DNA of 64,000 nucleotides from Trypanosoma brucei (Eukaryota): NCBI GenBank assembly GCA_000002445.1, contig CH464492.1, positions 222,309 to 286,308 of the forward strand, read 5' to 3'. Shown piece by piece: positions 12,340 to 24,521 of this stretch (position 1 is its first letter; each line of letters starts with the position of its first letter). The notes under the pieces were generated by a model. It saw only the letters and a program-made list of their open reading frames with translations, ran no database searches and was not told where the DNA came from. The position numbers and the translations under genes were made by a program.

Positions 12340-15300
12340 ATGCTGCTGTCCGGTGATGTGGAAGAGAATCCCGGCCCGTCGTTGCGCGGGATGCAGTGGA
12401 ACTGCGCCGGGCTATCTCAAGGAAAGAGATTAGCACTCCACAAAACCCTTGTTGATGAGCGGATCGCCTTTTGTCTGTTGAGCGAGACAAGGATGACGCC
12501 TGGAGAGGCGGCTTGCTTTAGCGTTGCTGGCTACCAACATCACAAAATAGCTCGTAACTGCAAAGGAGGTGGTGTATCAATACTAGTGAGGGAGGACCTA
12601 CCAGTCGAGACAGGTATGGCCGTTGTTGGTCGCATTGAACACGTGCATGCAACAATTCACCTTGCACGTGGAACGGCGCTGACTGTCACGTCGGCATACA
12701 TCCCACCAAAACACACCTTCACGGAAACTGACCTAGATACGCTTCTGACGACTGACGGTGCCCAGCTCATCTGTGCAAACGCTAACGCACACGCGTTGGC
12801 ATGGGATCGCGCGAGCTCACCAAATACCAAGGGTGAAACCCTCACACAGTGGTGCATTGACAACCAGTTTCTGGTCTGCAACACTGGTGAGTGCACCAGG
12901 TACGCGCGCCACCACGGGGAGTCCACCCCTGATGTGACACTGTCAAGGAATTGCACAGTGTACACGTGGACATCGCTGTATTCTCCCGATAGCGATCACC
13001 ATCACATATTTTTCGACGTTATCGTTGGAGAGGACACAGATGCACTGAGCTGCCCGCGGCTTCGAAAGCCCATGTACGCATGGCTAAAAGCTGACTGGAG
13101 GAATTTCTGTCTCAAGGTTGACGAGCTCTGCAGGAAAATTTGTAGAGAGAAGAACGTCAACACCATGGAACAGAAATTGAGCTCCGCCATCCGCATTGCG
13201 ACGAAGGTCTCCGTCCCCCGTGGCTGCAGAGCAACGCCACCACATTGGACACCTGAGCTCGCAAAACTCGATGAAGAGATCGCTGGATGCGGACCCTCCC
13301 ACCGAAGGGAAAAGTTGGTAGCCACGCGTAAGCAGATCCTGGACCGTACCACAAAGAAGAGATTGAGCACGCTATGCTCCAGACTTGCGGTGTCAGACCG
13401 CTGCAGTTGGCACATTGTCAAGAAGGTATATGCGCCACGACCACTAACCACATTGGCTGTACTAGTTGATAACGCGGCCATCACGGACTACCGTCAAGCT
13501 GAGAGGTTCAGTGAACTGTACTCGTCTTGCGCAAGAAGGCACCCCGACTCACACCCACCGGCACACATAAAGACGATAGCGAGTGAGTTCAGTCCCATCA
13601 CGATGGCTGAACTACGGAGATCGATCAAACTGCTACCGAGTGGATCCGCAGCCGGACCTGATTGCTTATACAACGAGGCAATACAACATCTCGGCAGAAC
13701 AGCGCTGAATGCTGTTCTGAGGCTATTCAATGAGAGCCTACGAACGGGAGTCGTGCCGCCTGCATGGAAGACTGGTGTTATCATCCCCATCCTGAAGGCC
13801 GGAAAAAAGGCGGAGGACCTCGATTCTTACAGGCCTGTGACGCTCACGAGCTGTCTCTGCAAAGTCATGGAGCGCATAATTGCCGCGAGACTTAGAGACA
13901 CTGTTGAGTCCCATCTGACACCGCAGCAATCAGGCTTTCGCCCCGGATGCTCAACGCTCGAACAACTCCTGCACCTCCGCGCTGCCCTCTGCCGCCCCAC
14001 GCACCAATATCGTACGGGTGCTGTATTCGTTGACTACGAGAAGGCATTCGATACAGTAGACCACGACAAAATTGCGAGGGAAATGCACAGAATGAAAGTA
14101 TCACCCCACATTGTGAAGTGGTGTGTATCATTTCTGAGTAACCGAACTGGCAGAGTGAGATTCAAGGAGAAGCTTTCCAGCAGCAGAACATTTGAGCGAG
14201 GAGTGCCACAAGGAACTGTCCTTGGCCCAATCATGTTCATTATTGTCATGAACTCGTTGAGCCAGCGCCTTGCAGAAGTGCCGTTACTGCAGCACGGATT
14301 CTTTGCAGATGACCTGACGCTACTTGCGAAGCACACAGAGAGGGATGTCATCAACCACACACTACAATGCGGCTTCAACGTGGTGTTACAGTGGTCAAAA
14401 GAGTACTTCATGTCTGTCAACGTAGCGAAAACGAAGTGCACACTCTTCGGGTGTATAGAGCGCCACCCCCTTACATTACAACTGGACGGCGAAAGAATAG
14501 GAGCTGACAGGACACCGAAGCTTCTAGGAGTAACATTCCAGTGTCTGCAGGGGATGGCAACACATGCGGCCGAAACGAGACGCAAGATGGACTTCAGACT
14601 ACTGCAGATAGCAGCCATCTCAGCTTCTACATGGGGGCCAAGACGACAAGTACTGAGAGCTTTTTATCTAGCACTCGTACAGGCACACACCATGTATGGC
14701 ATTGAGGTATGGTACTGGGACGCTTCGGAACAAAGTCGCGACCTCCTTGCATCAGCACAATACAAGGGTAGTCGAATCATAGCTGGCATACCGCATGGGA
14801 CGCGCAAAGAGGACTCTCTGCTGGAAGCAAACCTCCTGTCACTCAAGACGACCACTCTTGTGCGCAGCATGAAATTCACGCTGATGTGTGGGTCACGAGG
14901 CGGATGTTTGCGGCGCAGTGCTGAGGATGTATATCACAGCAAACACCCAGTCAGAGCCCTACATTCCCGCATCATGCGGTCCTACCTTCACCTCTGGATT
15001 GAGCCACGCGAGCACCCACTAGAGACATCGACGCTCCGCCACAGCTGCCGACGACTATTTCACACGCAGATAAAGCCTGTGTGCGCTGATGACTCTAACA
15101 ATGTCAAAAGGGAGGCTTCAGAAAAGTGGATTGAACGGCATTTTGCACGGAGGGGGAAGGAGCCACCGCGGCGAGAGCACTACGAATTGTGGACTGATGG
15201 ATCCGTGTCCCTCGGTGAGAAGTCCGGAGCAGCTGCCCTGCTCTATAGAAACAACACGCTGATTTGCGCACCCAAGACCGGAGCAGGGGAACTCTCATGA
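12340..15300 (+). CDS. ingi: ingi polyprotein N-terminal segment (2A-like peptide, AP endonuclease, reverse transcriptase, start of RNase H), ended by a premature TGA
   Basis: ATG at 12340 (MLLSGDVEENPGP; 2A motif at 12355-12378). AP-endonuclease motifs MQWNCAGL, LSETR, SPDSDHH. Reverse-transcriptase motifs QSGFRPGCST, AVFVDYEKAFDTVDH, GVPQGTVLGP, FFADDLTLL (~14302-14313). RNase H start WTDGS. TGA at 15298-15300. Confidence 0.8.
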   Translation: MLLSGDVEENPGPSLRGMQWNCAGLSQGKRLALHKTLVDERIAFCLLSETRMTPGEAACFSVAGYQHHKIARNCKGGGVSILVREDLPVETGMAVVGRIEHVHATIHLARGTALTVTSAYIPPKHTFTETDLDTLLTTDGAQLICANANAHALAWDRASSPNTKGETLTQWCIDNQFLVCNTGECTRYARHHGESTPDVTLSRNCTVYTWTSLYSPDSDHHHIFFDVIVGEDTDALSCPRLRKPMYAWLKADWRNFCLKVDELCRKICREKNVNTMEQKLSSAIRIATKVSVPRGCRATPPHWTPELAKLDEEIAGCGPSHRREKLVATRKQILDRTTKKRLSTLCSRLAVSDRCSWHIVKKVYAPRPLTTLAVLVDNAAITDYRQAERFSELYSSCARRHPDSHPPAHIKTIASEFSPITMAELRRSIKLLPSGSAAGPDCLYNEAIQHLGRTALNAVLRLFNESLRTGVVPPAWKTGVIIPILKAGKKAEDLDSYRPVTLTSCLCKVMERIIAARLRDTVESHLTPQQSGFRPGCSTLEQLLHLRAALCRPTHQYRTGAVFVDYEKAFDTVDHDKIAREMHRMKVSPHIVKWCVSFLSNRTGRVRFKEKLSSSRTFERGVPQGTVLGPIMFIIVMNSLSQRLAEVPLLQHGFFADDLTLLAKHTERDVINHTLQCGFNVVLQWSKEYFMSVNVAKTKCTLFGCIERHPLTLQLDGERIGADRTPKLLGVTFQCLQGMATHAAETRRKMDFRLLQIAAISASTWGPRRQVLRAFYLALVQAHTMYGIEVWYWDASEQSRDLLASAQYKGSRIIAGIPHGTRKEDSLLEANLLSLKTTTLVRSMKFTLMCGSRGGCLRRSAEDVYHSKHPVRALHSRIMRSYLHLWIEPREHPLETSTLRHSCRRLFHTQIKPVCADDSNNVKREASEKWIERHFARRGKEPPRREHYELWTDGSVSLGEKSGAAALLYRNNTLICAPKTGAGELS

Positions 15301-15782
15301 AGTTACAGAGCGGAATGCGTAGCATTAGAGATAGGACTGCAACGGCTGCTGAAATGGGTTCCGGCATACAGAAGCACACCGAGCAGGTTGTCCATCTTCT
15401 CTGACTCGCTGTCAATGTTAACAGCACTGCAGACAGGCCCCTAGCCGTAACGGACCCAATTCTGAGACGACTATGGAGGCTTCTGCTTCAAGTTCAGAGA
15501 AGGAAGATACGTATCCGACTGCAATTTGTGTTTGGCCATTGTGGCGTGAAACGGAATGAGGTTTGCGATGAAATGGCCAAAAAGGCCGCAGATTTACCAC
15601 AGTTGCGAGACACATGGATCCCCGACATCATTGCTTATGCGAAGCGAGTGCTTAGGTCGGAAGAAGTCCATGAGAACACTCGTAGGTTTGGTATCACGGG
15701 CAACCACTTTCCAACAAAACATAAAGAAGAACTGACGAGGGAAGAAGAAACGGCACTGGCACGCTTTCGGGTTGGGTCTTAA
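15301..15782 (+). pseudogene. ingi: ingi RNase H region, disrupted by a frameshift (~15436-15445), TAG and TAA
   Basis: SYRAECVALE...IFSDSLSMLTALQTGP (frame 1), then a shift to frame 0: LQFVFGHCGVKRNEVCDEMAKKA (RNase H H/D motifs). TAA at 15780-15782. Confidence 0.7.
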
Positions 15783-17102
15783 AGACACTATGGATGGATG
15801 TTGCGAAAGATCAACCCGAGTGTGCCTCCACAGTGCCGATGGTGCAACCCGCAACATGCAGCGATAGGACCAACAATACAAACGGTCCCAACTGTTGCGA
15901 CACGCACTCTTCAAAGAACCTCCGAACCGACCAAATGTACGGAATGTGATGCCACATACCAATGCCGCTCGAGTGCTGTAACGCATATGGTAAGCAAACA
16001 TGGCTTTATGCGAGCTGATGCCCTTCGAAAGATCAAATACGGCGATGCAACACCTATAGTGGATATCCCCCCGGAGCCCCCTCCAGTGGTGGCGATCGTT
16101 CCTCTACTATCGAGCACACGAGTCCCGATGAGACCGCAGGTGCTTCATTGTACCCTCTGTGCCTCCATATTCGCAGTGCCAGGCCGACTATTACACCACC
16201 TTAGAACAATACATGGCATAGGTTGTGGTAGTTGCCGCGTGAAATGGGGGCGAGAAAACGAAGACTCATTGCAAGGAGATGGTAGCGTCCCAGCAGCGCC
16301 AGCCTCTCAGGATACACGGAAGCTGCCGTTTCAATGTGACCTGTGCGAGGCGAGCTTCGGTACACGTTCTCCCCTGTCACTACACAAGAAATTCAAACAT
16401 AAGAGCATAGTGACGGAGGACGGTACCGTGGTGGTGGTGCAATTCCCTCGTAAGCGTGCCCGTGAGGGAAACTTTGACGTCCCGGGGAAAGGCGAGGTGC
16501 AGTGTGGTGTGTGCCAAAAAGTGCTCAGTTGCAGGGACTCCCTCATCCGACACTGTAAGGCTTTCCACAAAGGTGAGGGAGTCGAACTTAAATGCAGCAA
16601 AAGCACAAAATTGTGTGCCACTGATTCCCCGCATACAAACGCATCCATGTTTGTGTACCAGACATGCGGAAGGCAGTGTGCTAGCAAAACTGGCCTCACC
16701 CTACATCAAAAGAAGATGCACGGTATGAAGGTAGAGCGCGCTGTTACCAGCCAATGTGGCGACTGCGAAGAAACGTCGCTGCACTTGATGAGCTGTCCCG
16801 GTTTGAAGGAGTTACGTGTCAGGTTTGTGGTAGAATGTGTGTGTGTGCAGGATGTATGTTTCTCTAAAAGGCTGGCGCAGTTTCTCATTGCGGTTGAACG
16901 GAGCCGGCCACAGGTGAAGTCCTCCCCTAATGTGTTACTCATACAACTCACTCTCCCTTCTGCAACTTCCCCCCTTATTGCCGAGTGTGGAGCCAGCAGG
17001 AAAAGCACCGGACGCAGGAATAGTCCAGACACCCTCAGAGACAGAGAGGGTATGCAGTCAACAAGCAACAAAAACAGAAACAGAAAGAGGGGGAGAGAAT
17101 AA
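15783..17102 (+). pseudogene. ingi: ingi C-terminal domain with four C2H2 zinc fingers; in frame with the previous segment after a TAA
   Basis: CTECDATYQCRSSAVTHMVSKH, HCTLCASIFAVPGRLLHHLRTIH, FQCDLCEASFGTRSPLSLHKKFKH, CGVCQKVLSCRDSLIRHCKAFH. Confidence 0.75.
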
Positions 17103-17734
17103 TAAACGAATAACAAAAAACAAAACAAAAGGATTGCTAATTGACATCTTCGGGAGAGTCTAGGGTGGGGGGCTTCTCGCCCCATCTGCTGTATTCCGTT
17201 CAACTGCGGAGCTACAACAAAAAATTATAGAGTGTGTTAGGCTGAATAAAAAAGGTGAGACTCTGCCACAGTCGCCAGACCGATAGCATCTCAGGGCTCT
17301 ACGGTGGTGGCTGATGGCCGCGCCAGTGGGGGGAAACTCTCACGAAGGCACGAAATAAATTCTAAAAAAAAGAATGTGGATTTTCTCATTCTGCCCACAC
17401 AGGCTTTTACTGTGTGATTAGTCAGGACCATCTCTCTTTTCTTCCTTTACCTGAAACTTAGTAACTGCATTTTTTCTTTCCATCCCGCTGTGGCCGTTTA
17501 TGATTATTGCCTTTATAATCTTTTCTATGTTTGTTCTCTCTTTATTTCAGCGTTTTACAGTTCTTATAATTCGTCACTCTCTCTGCATCATACTTTATAA
17601 CAATACACTTGTTCTTTCATATAAATTATTCTCTTTCAATTACTCCAGTTTTACCTTAACAATATTTAACGTGCTTCTATTTCGAACTTGTATTTGGTTG
17701 TAACCACCAAACTTATCATAAAAGTTTCGATACA

Positions 17735-17800
17735 GTCACAACACTCTCCTGTTATTATTATTATTATTATTGTCATTATTGTTATTACTCTAACTAATGT
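17735..17800 (-). repeat. 70-bp repeat, minus orientation
   Basis: cagtcacaacactctcctgttattattattattattgtcattattgttattactctaactaatg. Confidence 0.7.
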
Positions 17801-18029
17801 CTATAACGTAAACAAAATTATAAGTTTTCATAATTTCTCTCATTTTTTATACTCTATTTCTATATTGCTTTACTTCCATGGGTTAAAGTCAAGTAAATCT
17901 CACTAATTTTTAAATTTTTAATTTTTTTTCACATTTTAATCAAAGAATGTAAAAATATTTTAAATTGTCTAAAAAAGCAAATACGTATAGAATTGGGAAA
18001 AAATGCTTTACAAATAATTCTTAAAAGTG

Positions 18030-19513
18030 TCATGCTAGAAGAAAAAACACAAGAAAAAGAGGTTTCTTAATTACAACAGAATTTATTCCTGTGGTGTTTG
18101 TCTTCCCATCATTCTCCACTTTAATTCCCTCTTTAAGTTTGCACTTTCCATCTTTGTGTTCGCAATCTTTGTCCTCTGTGCATTTATCTTTTTCGGTGTC
18201 TTCCTTGCATTTTTCTTCTGTTTTAGTATCTGTCTTTGTTTTTTGTGCTCCTGCTGCTACTTTGGAGGCGTGTTCTTTTGCGAAACAAAAAGCAAGGGTT
18301 GTCGCAATTTTGCCAGCGCTGTTGGCTTCCTTTAAGTTTATCTTTGCTATAGTGTTGTCTGCTTTGTAACTGACGTGCTCATTTGCCAACGAGTCTATTA
18401 GGTCTGAAATTAAGGTTGTTTCGCCGCTGGGCAGAAAAGCCTTGACAACTGAAGTTTGCTTGCTTTCCTCTTCGGCACTTTGGTTTCTCGGTGCTTGAAT
18501 AGCTGTGCTATTTTTCGGAATGTTCCGTCGGTTTCTAGGTATTTCTTGCTCTTTTGAAGAGGTCGTGCGACTGCCTTTATGTTGATGGTTCGGTGCCGGC
18601 AAAGTAAGGCTGCTAATCTTTTAGTCGTTGTTAGGAGTTTTTTGTCGTCTGTGTTTTCGTCTTCGCAGCCAGCATTTTTGCCAGCTGGCTTAAATAAGGT
18701 TGTTTTCTTCGGGGTGTCGGCTGTCGTGTCCCTCGTCGCTGATACTATTCCGAACGCTTTTGTTAGTTGCCCGACGTTACTGCTCCGATCCGTCGGGCTT
18801 ACGGCGCACGCTCCTGGTTTGCCGACCGTCATCGAGCCGGCACTTGCTGCGATGTCGCCTTCCGAGGCTATTTTGAGTTTGTAGGTCGGTGGGTTGAATC
18901 TTGTATCTGGGATAAGCTGTATGTTTTCGATTAAGGGTAGCTCTGTGATCGCTGTGGCTTCTTTGTGGGCTCCCGCCGGCACCTCAGTGTCGCAGGCGTC
19001 GTCGTCTTTTGCAGCGCCCGTTGCTGCTACGTCGCATTGCTCGTCGCTTGCCCTGCTTAAACCAGCCTGCGTCGTTTGCGGGTTTGAGCCGCTGCTTAGA
19101 GTTAGCTCCCTTATTGCCGACTTTATCAGCGCTTTCGTTTGCGCCCTCCTGTCTTTGAGGGCGGCCAATAGTGTCGTTACTGGGCCTGTGCCAGCTTTAA
19201 TAATCGCTTCTTGTTCGTGCAGCGCGTCAGCTGTTGCTGCGAGCAATGCCGCAACTGCCTGCTTCCTTGGAGGTGATGTTGAGCACGCATGGCTGATTCT
19301 CAGTTGGGTGAAGTCCGCCGCCAGATCTTTGAAGTTGCTGTTCGCCGCTTGTACTTGCCCTTCGAAGTGGTTTATTAACCTCGTTAGATACTGCAGTTCA
19401 TGACACGGTGTGGTGACAGCGGTAATCAAAGATTCCTGTGCTTGGGCATCTGCATGCTGTTCGATGCAGATAAAAACAAGAGTTAGCGTCACCACTGCTG
19501 TCGGCTTAAACAT
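18030..19513 (-). pseudogene. VSG: VSG pseudogene (C), ~495 codons, one frameshift in the 18410-18602 overlap
   Basis: ATG at 19513 with signal peptide MFKPTAVVTLTLVFICIEQHADA. C-terminal ORF (other frame) ends ...GKTNTTGINSVVIKKPLFLVFFLLA (GPI signal). Confidence 0.85.
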
Positions 19514-20919
19514 CGTCCGTTTCTCTAGCTACATTGACAAAAGTTAAGGAATTTATGGGTATCACAGAGCAGAACCTCATTAAGGCGTGCTGAAAAGTAT
19601 GTAGGACGTGCAAGTGCTGTTTAGAGCTGTGTGGCAGTCGTTCGTCACGCTGCTGGTGGGTGTTGCAATGGTGAGTTGGGTTATGCTTCATTTGTGTTTG
19701 TTTCAGTAATTGCATTAAACTGTTGTGGCTGTTTTTGATGCATCACGCTTCTCCTATTTACATTCTGTGTTGTAACCTTTAAGGTGGCAGTTTAATGACA
19801 TACCCACTACGAATGCTCTTCCTGCTCACACTTCGTGTGTTTATTTTGGTTTTCACCAATGGTATTTGTTCAGTTTCATCCTTGAGGTTGATGGATGAAG
19901 GTGGGACATATTTCTATGCATGGGAATTCAAATCTCATGTTTTGTCATTGTTTCTATTTTCTTCCAATTCTCCATTGCATGTATGCGTAATAAATAGGAA
20001 GCGTTTTTGTTTATCACGAAAAGGTTTGCAGTGTGTTTCTGCCTTATATCCTTTTTTGTTATCGGACACTGTCGCTGAAGACTTAAAAACTGTGGACACA
20101 AAACCGCCTTCTTTCACTTTTTTGAGTTGTAAACAAGCGCCGTTTGCTTTGTGTCGGAAACCACTTTTATATGGTTTACTTGATCCTTTAAAATTCTTAG
20201 TGACTGTTCAATATACAAATACAAGATTGGAAGAATATCGTCATTATTTCTCTTCGCTTCATAGAGATAATTCATAGCTTGACACACGTTCTATTCTAAG
20301 AAACTTCGGTGTTTTGTCTATTTTGTTATCCGCGATAACTCATTTGTAGTCCCGGTTCTAAAATCCTTTTTCGGACAATATTATATCATACTCAGCACAC
20401 ATCGGTCATTGTTACTACATTTGATGAGAATACATTTATGTTGCTTTACAGTTTCTCAATTCGCTCCTCCTATCCGTTTCTCTTTTTTGTATTTCTTCAC
20501 ATTCTAAAAAATAGGATTCGCCATCACTTTAACAGCCAAATTCCCCAGCACTATCTCCGTAGTGTAATCTATTCATTTCCGCGAGAATACGGGGCATAAT
20601 TTTCTCCTCTATCATTTCCTTTTGTTCTTTGCGGTCGCCCTTTCGGTTATTTAATTCGATGCTTTTATTCATTTTTTCATGTTATTTCTATTCTCCAGAC
20701 AATGCATCGATTCCATGTGGCCTATGCACAGCACTCTGCCTCTACCTCTTGTCAACATCCATCATCTTCTTGTATAATGATGCTCATATTTATATATGTG
20801 CCCAAACCTACGCATGTTCCGTCTCGCTCTCTTCCACTTACTTACTGCAGTTGCACACCTCCCATTGTTTTTAATGCTTCCATTTTTGTTAGTGCATTCA
20901 GTGTTCACCACAACTCTTA

Positions 20920-20990
20920 TCATAGAATTAGTATATATACTCACACCGCATTTCTATTAATATTATTATTATATAACACCAACTACTATA
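20920..20990 (-). repeat. Degenerate 70-bp repeat
   Basis: caccacaactcttatcatagaattagtatatatactcacaccgc...attattattatat. Confidence 0.45.
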
Positions 20991-21292
20991 AATAAAATAA
21001 TTAAAATAAACATAGTTAGAACATCACTCGTTTTTCACATTCTATCACCTTATTGGTTTTCACCTATAGGCCACAGTGATGCATATTTTACTAATTTTCA
21101 TATTTTACAAAATTTTCAAAAACAAACATTAATTTTCACTAATTTGTTTATTTCATCAAAAAGTATTAAAATATATCAGTTTGTATCAAATTTTAGTATT
21201 TTTGATAATTTTAATTAAATTTCATAAAGTTAAGCAAAACTCCTGAAAGTTCTTAAAATTATAAAATGCTACAAGCCTCACAGATGCAGAAA

Positions 21293-22805
21293 TCAGAGCC
21301 AGTTTTTTATTGACGAGAAAACTTGAGTATTTTCACTTGTTATCTTCGCATTTGCAGTTATTTTCCTTGACACAATCATTTTTGTCAGCTCCATGTTTTG
21401 CACACTTCTCCTCAGTTTTCCCATCTTTCCCTCCTTCTTTTGCAGCTTCTGTTTCTGCTGACTCTTTTTTGCCTTCCTCACTCAATTTGCATTTTTTGCT
21501 CTCATTTTTTTCTGCGGTATCCCACTTGCATGGCTCCGTACATTTTTGTGGTTCTTTATGTTGGTTGCACTCTGATTCTTTTGCCTTAACTTTGGTTTCA
21601 CCGACTTGAGATTGTAGGTGAGTTACCTGTTCTGTTAGTTGTTTGACTTTCCTGGCGGTGACTAAGATGTAATGCGATAGCAGCTCTTGCAGCTCAGAAA
21701 CATCACTTATGTCACCGAGACGCTTTTTGGTGCTTTTCCACCTCACGCCTGCGGGAATTTGTTCATTGTCAATTTTTTTCCGCAGTTCGTCGAGTCTGGT
21801 TTCTGTGTTGCCACCAAGAAGGTTGCTGATCTGAGTTTTTGTTCTCTGGCTGTCGCTGTCGTCCTTCGGCATGAGGAGCTTTTGGGTTATTGTGGCAAGG
21901 GTAGGTCTGGTTTCTAGGTCAGCTGTGTCGTTGCTGGGCGTTAGCTGGCCGTAGGTGGGCATGTTGTTTATGGCATTGAAAGCGTTTACCCATGGTCTGG
22001 CGCCGTCGGCGTTGCTTTTCTTCAGCTTTTCTGACGTGACAAAAGTCGCCTCGCTGTCGGTATCGCCGGTTTTTAGGTAGTGGCCTAGGAGTTTTAGCGG
22101 CACATCACTGGCGCCTCCGTGTCCATAGCCGTTGGTTGCGTGGTTAACTAAAAGTCGGCATTTCCCCTTGTTTCCTGATGTCGCTGCCTGGAAGGCGTCG
22201 AGCCTTGCGTTGTCAGTCGCTATGTTGGCGTAGTCGCTGGCTGTGATCTTCGACGCCGTTCTGCTTGCTTTTGTCAGTGGTGCAGTTTCCAGCTTACATG
22301 GCTCGTTTCCTATGTTGCCCGCGCTATATGTAGCGCCTTTGTCTGCTGTGGTTCCTAGCAAGCGGCACCCATTGTTCGTGTTGTCTGAAATTGCCCCCAT
22401 TATTTCCAGGCTTTCGTGTATACGGCCTCGTAAATACGTTGAATCTCGCGTCGCCGTGAGTATCTTAGACAACCCTTGTGCTTGCATCGCCTCGGCTCCT
22501 ATGGCTGCCAGAGAAGCATAGTAAGCCGCAGTGATTTCGGCTGCTTCACCATCCTTGGTGCCCGATTTTATCTGGCTGTATATTCGGGCTCTGAGGCTCT
22601 GGATGGTGTGGGTGTTCGCCGTTGCCATCTCGTGGTCTAAGGTTTTGAACGCTTGATTAGCGATGTTTCCTAACTCAGTTGCTATCTTACAGACCGGTTT
22701 CCACACGGTGGCCTTTAGACCGATGCATTCCGCAGCATAGGTCGTTATGGCCGCTGTCGTAACCGCTGCCGAAACTACCACTAGGGTCAGCGGGTGTTTC
22801 AGCAT
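21293..22805 (-). pseudogene. VSG: VSG pseudogene (D); 490-aa ORF plus a frameshifted GPI-signal segment
   Basis: ATG at 22805 with MLKHPLTLVVVSAAVTTAAITTYAAE. The ORF ends ...CKCEDNK*. The GPI signal SSFLVNKKLALISASVRLVAF appears only in another frame at ~21295-21360. A near-match to the 3'UTR 16-mer lies at 21167-21182. Confidence 0.8.
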
Positions 22806-24249
22806 TTGGTTCTTAAGTGGTCGCTGCTGTTTAAGAAGCTATGCTATTTTTTGTCGATTTTTGCCGCTGGTTGTTTCGAGAAATTGAGTGATGTTTCGAT
22901 TTCAGCTTGTTCGTTGTCGTTAGTGTTAAGTTTGATAGTTATCGCCACCGCAGTCGGTTGTGTGTTTAGAGTTAAAATATAGCGTATTAGACAGTAAGGT
23001 TAAAGTTGTCGAAGGCCTTTGTGTCTTGCTGTTTTTTCTACGGTTTTTTGTACCTGTTGCACTAGCTTTTTGCGTTGCGGTCTTTGCCAGGTCGCCACGT
23101 ATTTGACAGTGTGGATATGTTTAGATTTGTTATGTCATCTACTAACCTTTTACACTGGGCCGGTTGTTTTGATTCGTTTGTTACATTGCAGGTATTTTAT
23201 TTATTGCTGCGATGTAACCAAAAAGTGTCCCGTGTTCGATGCACTGCGTGAGGCCTCTTCGCTCTGCTGCTCAACAATAAGAGCCGGCACATGATTAAAA
23301 AACTACAGTAGCCATTATCATCTCTGCAGTAGTATCTAGTCATATCTGCATAAAATATGCCGTTTGTTTGGTTTTTAATGAGTTTCCAGAGTTAAATCCC
23401 AATTCGTTTTCAAGTACGGCTTCTGGTGGTGCATCTAGTTCGGAAAAATCTTCTAAGTGTTTCATTCCTCTGTGTTTGCACGGAATTTCTGAGTATAGGC
23501 GAGGATTTGGTGCTTCTCTATTCATAGGAACTCCTTGTATATAAAACATAAATGCCCATGTTTCCTCCATTTAAACTAACTGATTTTATATTTTCTGCTG
23601 CTTATTTCTTTTTTAAAATTCATTCACACAGAAAACTACAAGTTTGATAAAATGCTACTTAGAAATGGTATATCTATGATAATTCCTTTCTTTTAACATC
23701 GAGTAAATCATATCACTAAAATAATCTTACTTATGACCTTATAAATCTTTATTTTAGACTTACTTTTCACTACTTCCACTTTTGTCATTCTACAAAATGA
23801 CAAAAAACTTACTTCTATGTAATACATTAGTCAATTTGCCTTCGTTTATGGACTTCTATTATTCACTTTTTCTTCACTAATTTTAAATTTAGTAACGTCT
23901 TAACTGCCTCTTGCTATTTACTATTCCGTCGCATTCCGCCGTTTGATTATTTTGTCAGCGATAGCACAGTTTGTTTGCACAATTATCACCAAAAACCCTC
24001 TTTCTCATTTCCCTCTACCCCTTCTTTGTTCGCTATGTTAAATACACTCACGTTCTTACATTTATGGGTAATAGAACTGCGAGAATATCTACTCTATTCA
24101 TCATTGTTGTTAGCAAAAGTTTTGCAACTATTTTTTCTATTTATCTCACCAAGCGTTGACTGAATTTCTTGTAGTTGTCTGTCGGTTCCCTTGCGCCCCT
24201 GGTTTGCTTTGACTACTCCTCTTTTGGTTTGCCGCTCGTTTTTTGTAAC

Positions 24250-24320
24250 CACTCGCATTATACTATTCGTATATACACTCACCACACTCTCCTATCATCA
24301 TCATTATCATTATTAAACAC
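24250..24320 (-). repeat. 70-bp repeat, minus orientation
   Basis: ttcgtatatacactcaccacactctcctatcatcatcattatcattatt. Confidence 0.7.
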
Positions 24321-24521
24321 TAAATAATATACATAAAATAAAAAATAAACCAAATTATAATGACACTAATTTTACATATCCTGTTTTCTAACCCTAACCC
24401 ATACACTGCTTTGATAAAAAAATTCAATGTTTCAATTTTTCAATGGTTTCAAAAAAAAAGTGTTAAAATATATTAATTTTGGAAATTTCATGAAATTGAT
24501 CAGAAATCCTTAGATAATTAA

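Larger units (their letters stand above)
12096..17371 (+). mobile_element. ingi: ingi non-LTR (poly-A) retrotransposon, degenerate copy ~5.28 kb
   Basis: The 5' end has the Pr77-like signature GGTGCCAGGGTCCAGTACCCCGTATCATCGGTGGAAGCCAAGAGCCAGCAGCG (~12140-12195). Coding regions run 2A peptide, AP endonuclease, reverse transcriptase, RNase H, C2H2 zinc fingers. The 3' A8 tract lies at 17363-17370. The length matches ingi (~5.2 kb). Confidence 0.9.

Noticed and set aside
12355-12378. 2A self-cleaving peptide as evidence of a viral insertion
   Set aside because: A 2A-like sequence at the N-terminus of ingi/L1Tc polyproteins is an established feature of these trypanosomatid retrotransposons. The surrounding sequence is unambiguously ingi.
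19795-20277. 160-aa plus-strand ORF in the co-transposed region upstream of VSG-C
   Set aside because: There are no recognisable motifs and the composition is hydrophobic and low-complexity. It lies in an AT-rich intergenic region where such ORFs arise by chance.
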